Shown here: in pieces, positions 38,863-48,002 of the stretch
Numbering within the stretch: the stretch's first letter is position 1
Layout: each line of letters starts with the position of its first letter
From: Polyangiales bacterium
GTDB taxonomy: Bacteria; Myxococcota_A; Polyangia; Polyangiales; Ga0077539
DNA length: 64,000 nucleotides
Direction: 5' to 3'
Assembly (NCBI GenBank): GCA_046351555.1
Contig: JAXLYI010000013.1
Coordinates: 22,845 to 86,844, forward strand
Program-made: the position numbers and the translations under genes
Notes under the pieces: generated by a model
What the model saw: only the letters and a program-made list of their open reading frames with translations
Told to the model about the DNA's origin: nothing
The model's database searches: none

Positions 38863-40692
38863 ATGCCCCGTCCTTCGAAGCCTCGCGTCGCGCCGCAGCG
38901 CTGGTGGCCGCACCCCGCCAGCGGCACCGTGTGGGCCCTCGCCGCGCACCCCGACCACGACGCCCTCCTCGTCGGCAGCGACCAGCCCGGCGGCTCGCTC
39001 TGGGTGCTCGACGGCGAGCGCGCCCGGCCGCTCGGCGACGCCCCCGCGAGGCTCCGCGACGCCGCGTGGGTGGGCGCCTCGCGCGTGCTCCTCGCCGTCG
39101 AAGATCGCCCCGCCGGGCAGCCCTCCGGCCCCCTCCGCCTCGTCCTCCGCGACGTCGCGGGCGACGCGCCCGACCGGGTCCTCGCGGAGTTCCCCGATGC
39201 GGGGTACCGCACGACGCTCACCGTCGACCGCGCGGGCGAGCTCGCGCTCGTCAACACGAGCCACGCGATGCACCTCGTCGACCTCCGCGGCGGCGAGGGG
39301 TGGCTCTTCGAAGGCTTCGTCGGCGACCGCGCGGGCGTCGTCGGCGGCGCCATCTCCCCCGACGGAACGCTCGCCCTCGCCTCGCGCGCATCGGAGGAGC
39401 GCGTCCACCTCTACGACCTCGGCGCGCGCCGCCGCCTGCGCGTGCTGCCCGGCAACGTGTCCGGCGGCGTCGTCGCGGCGGCCTTCTCACCCGACGGCAC
39501 GCTCGCCGCCGCCCTCACGCTCTGCGACCGCCGCCTCGTCGTGTGGAGCCTCCCCGACGGCGACGTCCGCTTCGTGCGCAAGGGCCTCACCGACCTCCCG
39601 CCGGCCCTCGCCTTCTCCCCCGACGGCGCGCGCCTCGCCGTCTCCGAGCACGGGCACAAGCTCGTCGTCCTCGACACCGCCGACGGCGCCGTCGTCGCGC
39701 AGACGAAGACCCTCGACGGCTACGCCCTCCGCCTCGCCTTCGCGCGCGACGGTCGCTCGCTCTTCGTCGCCGACGACGCCGAGGTGCACGTCGTCACCTT
39801 CGCGGGCGAACGCCCCGCCGTCCCGCGGCCCCCGCCCACCGCGCCCGGCGCCTTCGAATCGCTCGTGGCGGGCAGCGATTTCACGTACCACACGGGCGGC
39901 TGCGTCGACGCCCGCGGCGACGCGTGGATCGTCGGGCAGAACGGCGACGTCCGCTCCTCGGCCGACGGCGGCCTCACGTGGCGGCGCGTCCCGCTCGGCA
40001 AGCGGCCGTACCTCCACGGCGCGTGTCAGGCCGCCGACGGCCCGCTCCACGTCTACGGCCAGGGCGTGATCGCGACCGTGCGCGACGGCGCGGTCACCCT
40101 CGACGCGCTCAAGGGGAAGCCCCACGTCATCGCGATGGCCTCGTCGCCGAGGGCCACCGTGGCCGCGAGCTACGACAAGCTCTTCCGCCGCGCGCCCGGC
40201 GACGCCGCGTGGGAGAGGCTCGACCCGCCCACGCTCCGGGGCGGCTGGCACCACGCGCTCGCGGCCGACGACGAGGGGTCGTTCTTCCTCGCGAGCGGGT
40301 CGTTCGACGAGGGCTTCGTCGCGCGCGCCGACGCGCGCGGCGAGGGGTGGGCGCGGGTGCTCACCGACGCGGGCGCGTGCTGGTGCGTGGCCTGCGACGG
40401 GGCGCGCGTGTTCGTCGGGGCCGACGGCGGCGCGGTGCTTCGAAGCGACGACCGCGGCGCGACGTGGCGGCGACTCGCGGCGACCGGCGCGACGGAGCCC
40501 GCGACCTCCCTCGTCGCGCGCGGCGAGGTGGTGTTCGCGGCCTTCGGGGACGGCACCGTGCGCCGCAGCGACGACGGCGGCGGGCGGTGGTCGCTCGCGC
40601 TCGAAGCCGACACGCAGAAGCTCCTCTGGACGCCGGGCGGGCGGGTGCTCGCCGTCGGCGACGGCGCGCTCTACGGCTGCGTCGCGCCGTGA
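38863..40692 (+). CDS. Beta-propeller protein (WD40/PQQ-like N-half, BNR/Ycf48-like C-half)
   Basis: 609-aa ORF. The N-half has repeated FSPDG-x-LA blades. The C-half has BNR-like repeats: SSADGGLTWRRV, RSDDRGATWRRL, RRSDDGGGRWSL. Confidence 0.7.
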   Translation: MPRPSKPRVAPQRWWPHPASGTVWALAAHPDHDALLVGSDQPGGSLWVLDGERARPLGDAPARLRDAAWVGASRVLLAVEDRPAGQPSGPLRLVLRDVAGDAPDRVLAEFPDAGYRTTLTVDRAGELALVNTSHAMHLVDLRGGEGWLFEGFVGDRAGVVGGAISPDGTLALASRASEERVHLYDLGARRRLRVLPGNVSGGVVAAAFSPDGTLAAALTLCDRRLVVWSLPDGDVRFVRKGLTDLPPALAFSPDGARLAVSEHGHKLVVLDTADGAVVAQTKTLDGYALRLAFARDGRSLFVADDAEVHVVTFAGERPAVPRPPPTAPGAFESLVAGSDFTYHTGGCVDARGDAWIVGQNGDVRSSADGGLTWRRVPLGKRPYLHGACQAADGPLHVYGQGVIATVRDGAVTLDALKGKPHVIAMASSPRATVAASYDKLFRRAPGDAAWERLDPPTLRGGWHHALAADDEGSFFLASGSFDEGFVARADARGEGWARVLTDAGACWCVACDGARVFVGADGGAVLRSDDRGATWRRLAATGATEPATSLVARGEVVFAAFGDGTVRRSDDGGGRWSLALEADTQKLLWTPGGRVLAVGDGALYGCVAP

Positions 40693-40696
40693 CCCG

Positions 40697-41548
40697 TCAG
40701 CGCGCCTCGTGGCGCAGCGCCCAGGCCTCGTACGCGGGGACGCCCAGCGCCGCGAGGCCCGGCAGGATCACCGCGTCGAGGCGCCCGTACCACGCGCGGG
40801 CGTAGCGGGCGGGGTCGATCACGCCGTGCGACGCGCCGGCGTACGAGTCCGCGTCGGGAGGCTCCTCGGGGAGCGCCGCCCCGTCGGGCCGGCGCGAGCG
40901 GCCGTGCACGCCCTCGTAGTGGGCGAAGGCGAACGCGAGGTCGACGCCGAGCCACTCGCGCTCGTCGTCGCTGAGCGCGGGGAACACCGTCCGCGCGAGC
41001 GCCCAGCCGAAGCGGTCGTGGAGCGACTCGTCGCGCACGAGCGCGTCCACCACCGCGGCCACGCACGGGTCGGTGGCCTCGCGGGCGAGCGCCTGGAGCA
41101 GCCCCACGCTCGCCGCCTCGCCGACGCAGAACATCGACGCCGTCCACCGCGCGACGAAGAGCCGCGCGGAGAGCGACGGGTCGGCGAGGCGGAGGTCTTC
41201 GTCGTCGACGGTGGCGTCGTCGCGGCCCCCGAGCGCCTCCGCGAGCCGCGCGCAGTGCTCGGTGTGGCGGGCCTCGTCGGCGATGAGGCGCGAGGCCGCG
41301 CAGCTCACCTCCAGCGGGAGCCCCGCCTCGGGCATCCGCGCGAGCAGCTCGGAGAACACCACCATCGACCGGTACTCCGCCGCCGCGCGCGCCGACCACG
41401 CCGCGCGCAACCGTTCGCGCGTCGCGTCGTCGAGCCCGTCGGTGCGCAGCGCGCCCCACGGGACCGCCGCGCGCCCGCCGTCCACCGCGCGGCGGTGGAG
41501 CGCGCGGAAGAGCTTCTCCTCCGTGCCGAGCGCGACCGGGCGCGCCAT
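40697..41548 (-). CDS. Ferritin-like / putative di-iron domain protein
   Basis: 283-aa ORF. AAEYRSMVVFSELL...IADEARHTEHCARL...DESLHDRFGW suggests paired ExxH-type helices. The family assignment is tentative. Confidence 0.5.
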   Translation of the reverse strand: MARPVALGTEEKLFRALHRRAVDGGRAAVPWGALRTDGLDDATRERLRAAWSARAAAEYRSMVVFSELLARMPEAGLPLEVSCAASRLIADEARHTEHCARLAEALGGRDDATVDDEDLRLADPSLSARLFVARWTASMFCVGEAASVGLLQALAREATDPCVAAVVDALVRDESLHDRFGWALARTVFPALSDDEREWLGVDLAFAFAHYEGVHGRSRRPDGAALPEEPPDADSYAGASHGVIDPARYARAWYGRLDAVILPGLAALGVPAYEAWALRHEAR

Positions 41549-41551
41549 CGA

Positions 41552-41959
41552 TCAGCCGTTGCCCGGCGGGACGCGGCGCGGCGGGCGGTTGATGGTGGGC
41601 CGCGTCGGGATGGGCGGGCGGTTGATGGTCGGCATCGGCGGGTTGAGGAGGCCCTGGTTCGGCACCGCGGCGTCGGGCTCGGTCGCCACGACGTTGTTCG
41701 CGGCGTCGAGCGGCGCGGCATCGGGCGCGGGCGGCGGCGCGGCGTCGGGCGTCGGGGTCGGCGGGTTGTTGATGGTCGGCGGGACGGGGTAGTTGATGGG
41801 GGGCTGCCGGACGGGGACGTTCACCGCGGGCTGCTGGCGCTCGCAGCCCTCCGCGCCGACGGCGGCGACCGCGACCGCGGAGAGCGCCGCGAGCCTCGCC
41901 CGCATCCGCTGGAGCCGCGCCTCGTCGACAGTCCCCGCAGGCTTCACATCGCGCTTCAT
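41552..41959 (-). CDS. Small exported Pro-rich protein
   Basis: Run-on ORF 41552-42889 trimmed to the ATG at 41959. It has a hydrophobic anchor (LAALSAVAVAAVGAEGC). Repeats: PTINNPP, PTINRPP, PTINRPP. It ends 3 bp upstream of the start of the previous feature (same-strand operon). Confidence 0.55.
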   Translation of the reverse strand: MKRDVKPAGTVDEARLQRMRARLAALSAVAVAAVGAEGCERQQPAVNVPVRQPPINYPVPPTINNPPTPTPDAAPPPAPDAAPLDAANNVVATEPDAAVPNQGLLNPPMPTINRPPIPTRPTINRPPRRVPPGNG

Positions 41960-42043
41960 GAACGCTGACGGTACCGCGGGCGCGCCGCGCGTGTCATGCG
42001 CCAACGTCCCCCGCGGGCGGGCGCTTCTGGTACACCCGCCGGC

Positions 42044-42910
42044 ATGAAGACCCCCCTCGGCGCGCTCGCGCTCACGGCCCTCCTCTCGACCTTCGGCTGC
42101 GCCACCTCGCGCGCGGGCGCCGACGACGCCCACACCGCCGCGATGGCCCGCGAGCACGCGAACGACTCCGCCCGCGCCAACGCCTCCGCGCAGGAGCCGC
42201 GGCAACCCGTGACCGCCGAGGACGTCGCCTACGGCGAGCTCGACGGCGCCCCGCTGCGCGGCTACCTCGCGCGGCCCGCGGCGTCGTCGGGGCCGCTGCC
42301 TGCGCTGGTGGTGATCCACGAGTGGTGGGGGCTCAACGACAACGTGCGGATGATGACGCGGCGCCTCGCCGGCGAAGGCTACCTCGCGCTCGCGGTCGAC
42401 CTCTACGGCGGCCAGTCGGCGTCGACGCCCGAGGCGGCGCGCGCGCTGATGCAGTCCGCGACCGCGGCGCCCGAACGGGGCGTGGCCAATCTCCGCGCGG
42501 CGGCGACCTTCCTCCGCGACGGGCGCCACGCGCCGAGGATGGGCGTGGTGGGCTGGTGCTTCGGCGGGGGCTGGTCGCTCCAGGCGGCGCTCGCCCTCCC
42601 CGCGCAGGTCGACGCGGCGGTGATGTACTACGGCCGTGTGGAGGCCGACCCCGCGCGCCTCGCCGCGCTCGACGCACCGCTGCTCGGGCTCTTCGGCGGC
42701 GCGGACACGGGCATCCCGGTGGAGGGCGTCCGGCAGATGGAGTCCGCGCTGCGGGGCCTCGGGCGCGACGTCACCATCCAGGTGTACGAGGGCGCGGGCC
42801 ACGCCTTCGCCAACCCGAGCGGCGAGCGCTACCAGCCCGCCGCGGCGGACGACGCGTGGCGGCGCACGGTGGACTTCTTCGCGCGCCACCTGCGGCCCGC
42901 GGGGGTGTGA
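42044..42910 (+). CDS. Dienelactone hydrolase family lipoprotein
   Basis: Trimmed to the ATG at 42044. Lipobox: LLSTFGC. Motifs: LVVIHEWWGLNDNVRMMTRRLAGEGYLALAVDLY, GVVGWCFGGGWS, GAGHAF. Confidence 0.8.
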   Translation: MKTPLGALALTALLSTFGCATSRAGADDAHTAAMAREHANDSARANASAQEPRQPVTAEDVAYGELDGAPLRGYLARPAASSGPLPALVVIHEWWGLNDNVRMMTRRLAGEGYLALAVDLYGGQSASTPEAARALMQSATAAPERGVANLRAAATFLRDGRHAPRMGVVGWCFGGGWSLQAALALPAQVDAAVMYYGRVEADPARLAALDAPLLGLFGGADTGIPVEGVRQMESALRGLGRDVTIQVYEGAGHAFANPSGERYQPAAADDAWRRTVDFFARHLRPAGV

Positions 42911-42911
42911 G

Positions 42912-44156
42912 CTACGCGAGGAGCGAGCGGGCGATCTGCGACACCTGGATCTCGTCGGTGCCGCCGTAGATCTGGAGCACCTTCGCGTCGCGGCAGAGCT
43001 GCTCGACCTGGTACTCCATCATGTAGCCGTTGCCGCCGAAGAGCTGGACGGCCTCGAGCGTCACCTCCATCGTGGCCTGCGCGCTGTAGAGCTTGCAGGC
43101 GGAGGCCTCCGCGAGGGTCATCGCGCGCCCTTCGGCGGCCAGCTCGATCTGGCGGAAGAGGAGGTTCTGGATGTTCATCCGGGCGACCTCCATCTTGGCG
43201 AGCTTGAGCTGGATGAGCTGGAAGTCGCCGATGGGCCGGCCGAACTGGACGCGCGTCTTCGCGTGCTCGGTGCAGAGCGTCAGGCACTGCTCGACGATGC
43301 CGAGCGCCATCGCGGCGACGAGGGTGCGCTCGGAGAGGAAGGTCTCCTTGGCGCCCTCGCGCGCGGCGGCGGTCTCGGTCTCGCCGATGAGCCGGTCGCG
43401 GCCCACGCGCACGTCCTCGAGGAAGAGCTCGCCCGTCGGCGACGCGTGCTGCCCCATCTTGCGCAGGGGCTTGCTCTGCACGAGGCCGGGCGTCCCCTTG
43501 TCGAGGATGAAGCTCACCACCTTGCGGTCGCGCGGGTCGTTGCCCTCGTCGAGCTTGCAGATGAAGATGATCGTGTCGGCGTAGGGGCCGTTGGTGATGA
43601 AGGTCTTGCTGCCGTTGAGCACGTAGTCGTCGCCGTCGCGGCGCGCGGTCGAGCGCATCGAGCCGAAGGCGTCGGAGCCCGACGAGGGCTCGGTGATCGC
43701 CCACGCGCCCACCTTGTCGAGCGTGAGCAGGTCGAGGGCCCAGCGCTCGATCTGGCGCGACGTGCCGCGCGAGGTGATCGCGCTCGCCGCGAGGCCCGCG
43801 CTCACGCCGAGCGCCGTGATGAGCCCCGGGCAGTAGCGCGAGAACTCGATCACCGGGATCATCCGCATCGCGAGCTCGCTGCCCGCGTCGGGGTTGGGGC
43901 CCTCGCGCTTCGGTCGCGACGCCGGGGCCTCGCCGCGCGCGGCGGCCTCCTCGCGACGACGGGCACGGGCGAGGTCGGCCTCGCCGCGGGCGCGGTTCAT
44001 GTCCGCGACGCCGAAGGTGGCGAAGAAGCTTCGGAGGATGTCGTAGGGGAGCGTCTCCTCGCGGTCGAGGGCCTCGCGCTTCGGCTTCACCTCGGCCTCG
44101 ACGAAGCGGCGGACGGCGTCGCGGACGGCGAGGTGGGTCTCGTTCCATTCGATCAT
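42912..44156 (-). CDS. Acyl-CoA dehydrogenase family protein
   Basis: Trimmed to the ATG at 44156 (MIEWNETH). Motifs: AWAITEPSSGSDA, LNGSKTFITNG, QLFGGNGYMMEY, IYGGTDEIQ. The N-terminal domain carries an insert of roughly 50 aa that is rich in charged residues. Confidence 0.88.
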   Translation of the reverse strand: MIEWNETHLAVRDAVRRFVEAEVKPKREALDREETLPYDILRSFFATFGVADMNRARGEADLARARRREEAAARGEAPASRPKREGPNPDAGSELAMRMIPVIEFSRYCPGLITALGVSAGLAASAITSRGTSRQIERWALDLLTLDKVGAWAITEPSSGSDAFGSMRSTARRDGDDYVLNGSKTFITNGPYADTIIFICKLDEGNDPRDRKVVSFILDKGTPGLVQSKPLRKMGQHASPTGELFLEDVRVGRDRLIGETETAAAREGAKETFLSERTLVAAMALGIVEQCLTLCTEHAKTRVQFGRPIGDFQLIQLKLAKMEVARMNIQNLLFRQIELAAEGRAMTLAEASACKLYSAQATMEVTLEAVQLFGGNGYMMEYQVEQLCRDAKVLQIYGGTDEIQVSQIARSLLA

Positions 44157-44371
44157 GGCGCCGGACGCTATCGCCGGAGACGTCCCCGACACAAGCGCCG
44201 CGGCGGGTTGCGCCGGCCGCCGCGCGAACGCCCGCGCGGGTTGTGTGGCCCCCCGCGCAAGGCAACCCGTGCGCGTCAAAAACACCTGGAATCGTGCTGT
44301 TTCCGCGGTGGCCGCGCGCTTGCTCAGGGGGCCCCCGCGGGCGCCGCTCACCACTGCCCGCCGGAGCCACC

Positions 44372-45988
44372 ATGAACACCACGTCCCCCCGCGTTCTCCC
44401 CGCCGCCCTCGCCCTCGCCGCCCTGTCGGGCTGCGGCGGCGACCCGTCGCTCGACCCGCCCGCCGCGCAGGGCGGGGCGCCGGCGATCACCTACGAGCAG
44501 TTCGTCGCGCGCAGCGTCGAGCGGCTGCCGGGCGGGGCGTACCGCGTCGAGCGCGACATCGTCGTCTCCACCGAGGCCGCCGTCCGCGCGTACTACGACG
44601 CCGCGATGACGCCGCCCGGCGCGCTGATCATCAACCGCGTCGGTCCGGCCTACTCGCTCGACGACAAGTGGGGCGCCGACGACCGCTGGGCGCTCACCTA
44701 CTGCGTGTCCAACGCCTTCGGGGCCAACCGCCCGCGCGTCATCGCCGCGCTCCAGCGCGCGATGCAGGCGTGGGAGGCCGCGGCGGACGTCCGCTTCGTC
44801 CACCTCACCGACCAGGACGCGACGTGCTCGCAGTTCAACACCAACGTGAAGTTCGACGTGAGCCGGGCGGCCGACGACTGGGCCGACGGCATCGCGTCGA
44901 TGGGCTTCCCGTCGACCGCGCGCAGCGACCGGCGCTTCATGCTGCGCTGGTCGGCCACGGACACGTACACCGACGAGTTCCTGACGGCGGTGGCGATGCA
45001 CGAGCTCGGGCACGGGCTCGGCTTCCGCCACGAGCACACCCGCAGCGCGCCCGCCGGGAGCGACTGCCGCGAGTCGAGCGACTGGCGCGCGCTCACGCCC
45101 TACGACTCCCTCAGCGTGATGCACTACCCCTTCTGCCCCGGCTGGAGCGACCCGAGCTGGCAGTGGAACTTCCTCACCCAGTGGGACATCGAGGGCGCGC
45201 AGTCGGTGTACGGCGCCCCCACCAACGTGCTCAACGGCCAGGGCGGCGCCCTCTACGCGCGCCGCCGCAGCACCGGCGAGCTCTTCCGCAAGACCAACGG
45301 CCTGTGGGTGAAGATCGGCGACGCGGGCCAGGGCTTCGTCACCGTCGGCGACACGCTCTACGGCCAGCGCCCCGGCCGCGGCGAGCCCGTCCGCTACAAC
45401 AGCGGCCAGAGCTGGACCATCATCGGCGGCCCCGCGGGCCAGATCTTCAACTGCGGCGGCGCCCTCTGCGCCACCGACCCCAACAACGGCAACGTCGCCC
45501 GGTACAGCGGCGCGGGCTCGTCGTGGACGGTCATCGGCGGCCCCGGCTCGCGCTTCGCCGCGACGAGCGCGAACGCCCTCTTCGGCATCACCCCGGCGCA
45601 GCACGAGGTCGCCCGGTACAACGGCGCGGGCGCCTCGTGGACGGTCGTCGGCGGCGGCGCGTCCGAGCTCTTCGGCGGCGGCTCGAGCATGTTCCGCCTC
45701 AACACCACGCGCGACGCGATCGAGCGCTACGCGGGCTCCGGCAGCACCTGGACGGTCATCGGGGGCCCGGGGCGGCAGTTCCTCCCGACGGGCTCCGCGC
45801 TCTACGCGCTGTCGCCCACCGCCGGCACCGTCCGCGTCTACGCGACCACGCAGTGGAACCCCATCGGCGGCGCGGCGGCCCGCCTCTACGGCTCGTACGG
45901 GCGCCTCTACGCCACCAACCCCACCGACGAGAGCATCTGGCGCTACGAGCCCGCCAACAACACCTGGTACGCCGAGGGCAAGCCCTGA
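44372..45988 (+). CDS. Lipoprotein metzincin (astacin-like) metalloprotease fused to a repeat beta-propeller, tachylectin/tectonin-like
   Basis: Trimmed to the ATG at 44372. Lipobox: LAALSGC. Zinc motif: HELGHGLGFRHEH. A later SVMHY may be the Met-turn. The C-half has about 6 repeats of ~40 aa ending in W-T-V/I-IGGPG. Confidence 0.75.
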   Translation: MNTTSPRVLPAALALAALSGCGGDPSLDPPAAQGGAPAITYEQFVARSVERLPGGAYRVERDIVVSTEAAVRAYYDAAMTPPGALIINRVGPAYSLDDKWGADDRWALTYCVSNAFGANRPRVIAALQRAMQAWEAAADVRFVHLTDQDATCSQFNTNVKFDVSRAADDWADGIASMGFPSTARSDRRFMLRWSATDTYTDEFLTAVAMHELGHGLGFRHEHTRSAPAGSDCRESSDWRALTPYDSLSVMHYPFCPGWSDPSWQWNFLTQWDIEGAQSVYGAPTNVLNGQGGALYARRRSTGELFRKTNGLWVKIGDAGQGFVTVGDTLYGQRPGRGEPVRYNSGQSWTIIGGPAGQIFNCGGALCATDPNNGNVARYSGAGSSWTVIGGPGSRFAATSANALFGITPAQHEVARYNGAGASWTVVGGGASELFGGGSSMFRLNTTRDAIERYAGSGSTWTVIGGPGRQFLPTGSALYALSPTAGTVRVYATTQWNPIGGAAARLYGSYGRLYATNPTDESIWRYEPANNTWYAEGKP

Positions 45989-46031
45989 CAACGGCGTTGA
46001 CCCCGCCGCGTGAATCGCGCTTCATCATGCG

Positions 46032-46613
46032 ATGACGCGCACCCTCGCCCTCGTCCCGCTCCTCCTCGCCTGCGCCTCCACCACCGCGCAGGGCCCGTCC
46101 CCCGCCACGCCCGCCACGCCGGCCACGTCGTCGGCCGAGCCCGCCGCGCAGTGCGTCGGCTCCGTCGCCCCGCCGCCCGCGGGCGCGCGCCCGGTCGACG
46201 ACCCCGCCCTCCTCGCGAGCGCGATCGGCGCCGACGGCGCGGGGAAGCTCTGCGCGGGCGCGGTGTACGAGGCGACGCAGCCGATCACCGTGTACCGCGT
46301 GTGGCAGCGCGACCGGGCCTACACCGAGATCGGGCGCTGGTGGTCGTTCGAGCGCCCCGAGGGGCCGCGCGAGGCGTACCGCGAGCGCAACGCCATCTGC
46401 ACGGAGTGGAGCGCGCTCGACGTCTGGTCGCGCTGCGAGATCCGCGCGGGCGCTCACTTCGTGGTGGGCCCCGGGCAGAGCGCGCGCTGCGAGGGCGGCG
46501 CGGTGATCGCCCGCTCGGCGACCAACCAGGTGTACATCGACAACGACACGCGGCAGAGCCGCGTCTTCGTCGAGCACTGCGAGCAGCAGGGCGCGTGGCC
46601 GCCCGCGCAGTGA
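46032..46613 (+). CDS. Hypothetical lipoprotein
   Basis: 193-aa ORF. Lipobox: LLLAC. GC3 is high. I recognise no family. Confidence 0.55.
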   Translation: MTRTLALVPLLLACASTTAQGPSPATPATPATSSAEPAAQCVGSVAPPPAGARPVDDPALLASAIGADGAGKLCAGAVYEATQPITVYRVWQRDRAYTEIGRWWSFERPEGPREAYRERNAICTEWSALDVWSRCEIRAGAHFVVGPGQSARCEGGAVIARSATNQVYIDNDTRQSRVFVEHCEQQGAWPPAQ

Positions 46614-46638
46614 CCGGCGATCGGCGCCGGCGCTTCGT

Positions 46639-47307
46639 TCAGCGGTAGGGGTGGCGCGACGGCAGCACGGCGCGCCGCTCCTGCGCGAGCAACACCACGA
46701 GCGCCGCCGCGCGGTCGAAGGCCGCGAGCCGTCGCCGCGTCGGGCCGCGCAGGGCGAGCGACGCGGCCACCGAGACGACGGCGACGGCGAGCCCGAAGTG
46801 CGTGCAGTGGATCGCCTCGGAGAGGCACCCGGCGATCAGCTCCGCCCGGCGCGCGGGGTCCACCGTCGGGCCGCCGCCATGACCGCCCACACACCCGAAG
46901 GGCATGACCATGCCGGTGATGGTCCCGAGGAGGCCGAGGAGCGCCGCAATCTGGCCTGCGGGGACGAGGTGGTCGACCCGCCCTTCGATGCGCGGGCGCT
47001 CGCGCAGCGCGACGCACTCCATCGCGCCGAGCACCTCGGCGTCATCCCCGTCGAGGCGGGCGATGCCCTCCACCAGCATCCGGCCGAGCGCCGTGGGGGC
47101 GCGGAGGCTCCAGGTCACGGCCTCCGCCACGCGCCCCTCGCGCACGAGCGCCGCCACGACGCCGAGGAGCGCGTCCTCGTCGACGCCCTCGCGCAGGTGG
47201 TACCGAACGCGCCCGACGGCGATGGAGAGGGTCGCGAGGAGGCAGGGGAGGATCGGCCACATGCCCCAGCCGCCCTCCCGCCAGTACATCGACAGCTCGT
47301 GCAGCAT
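46639..47307 (-). CDS. MotA/TolQ/ExbB proton-channel family protein (orphan)
   Basis: 222-aa ORF with three TM segments. LLGLLGTITGMVMPFG and SEAIHCTHFGLAVAV fit the family pattern. No ExbD/TolR partner lies adjacent. Confidence 0.7.
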   Translation of the reverse strand: MLHELSMYWREGGWGMWPILPCLLATLSIAVGRVRYHLREGVDEDALLGVVAALVREGRVAEAVTWSLRAPTALGRMLVEGIARLDGDDAEVLGAMECVALRERPRIEGRVDHLVPAGQIAALLGLLGTITGMVMPFGCVGGHGGGPTVDPARRAELIAGCLSEAIHCTHFGLAVAVVSVAASLALRGPTRRRLAAFDRAAALVVLLAQERRAVLPSRHPYR

Positions 47308-47474
47308 GACGCTGCGACACGCGGCCTACGGACGAGGTTCCGACCCGCCGCCCGCGCGGCGCGCGAGTTGTGAAGCGCACCGCGCGATCGGAGCAGGTGC
47401 GCGTTCGAGCGCGGCGTCGCCCTGCGCGTTTCTGGGCGGCACACGCGCTGCACCAGGACGTCGCGGAGGTCATC

Positions 47475-47993
47475 ATGAACAACCGAACGATCCGCTCGCT
47501 CTGCGCCACCCTCGTCGCGTCGGCCCTCGCGCTCAACGGCTGCTACGGCGCGCCGCCCGACGACGACGCCGAGAGCGCCCCGCAGGGCGCCCAGGGCGGG
47601 CCCCCCATCGACACCGACCCGTGCGTCTTCCAGGCTGCGCGCCCCGACCTGGCGATCGACAGCTTCGCCGTGCAGAACGTCAACGGCTACGCGCGGCTAC
47701 GCGCCGTGCTCCGCAACCGCGGCTGCGCCGACGCGCCGTACATGCCCTACGCGATCGTCGTGACGCTGCCGGGCGCGTCGAGCTACGGGGCCACCTGGGC
47801 CCCGACGAGCACCTATGCGCTGGAGCCCTACGTGGTCATCCCGCGGGGCCAGGTGCTCACCTTCGAACTCGACACCGGCTGGACGTACGCCGCGCTGAAG
47901 GCGCAGGGCGGCACGTGGCGCGTGGAGGCCGACGGCTTCAACCACGTCGTCGAGCTCTCCGAGTCGAACAACGTCTCCACCTTCGCCAACTGA
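47475..47993 (+). CDS. Lipoprotein with a CARDB-like domain
   Basis: Trimmed to the ATG at 47475. Lipobox: LALNGC. PDLAIDSFAV...LRNRGCADAP...VELSESNNVSTF resembles CARDB. Confidence 0.55.
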   Translation: MNNRTIRSLCATLVASALALNGCYGAPPDDDAESAPQGAQGGPPIDTDPCVFQAARPDLAIDSFAVQNVNGYARLRAVLRNRGCADAPYMPYAIVVTLPGASSYGATWAPTSTYALEPYVVIPRGQVLTFELDTGWTYAALKAQGGTWRVEADGFNHVVELSESNNVSTFAN

Positions 47994-48002
47994 GCGCGGC
48001 CC

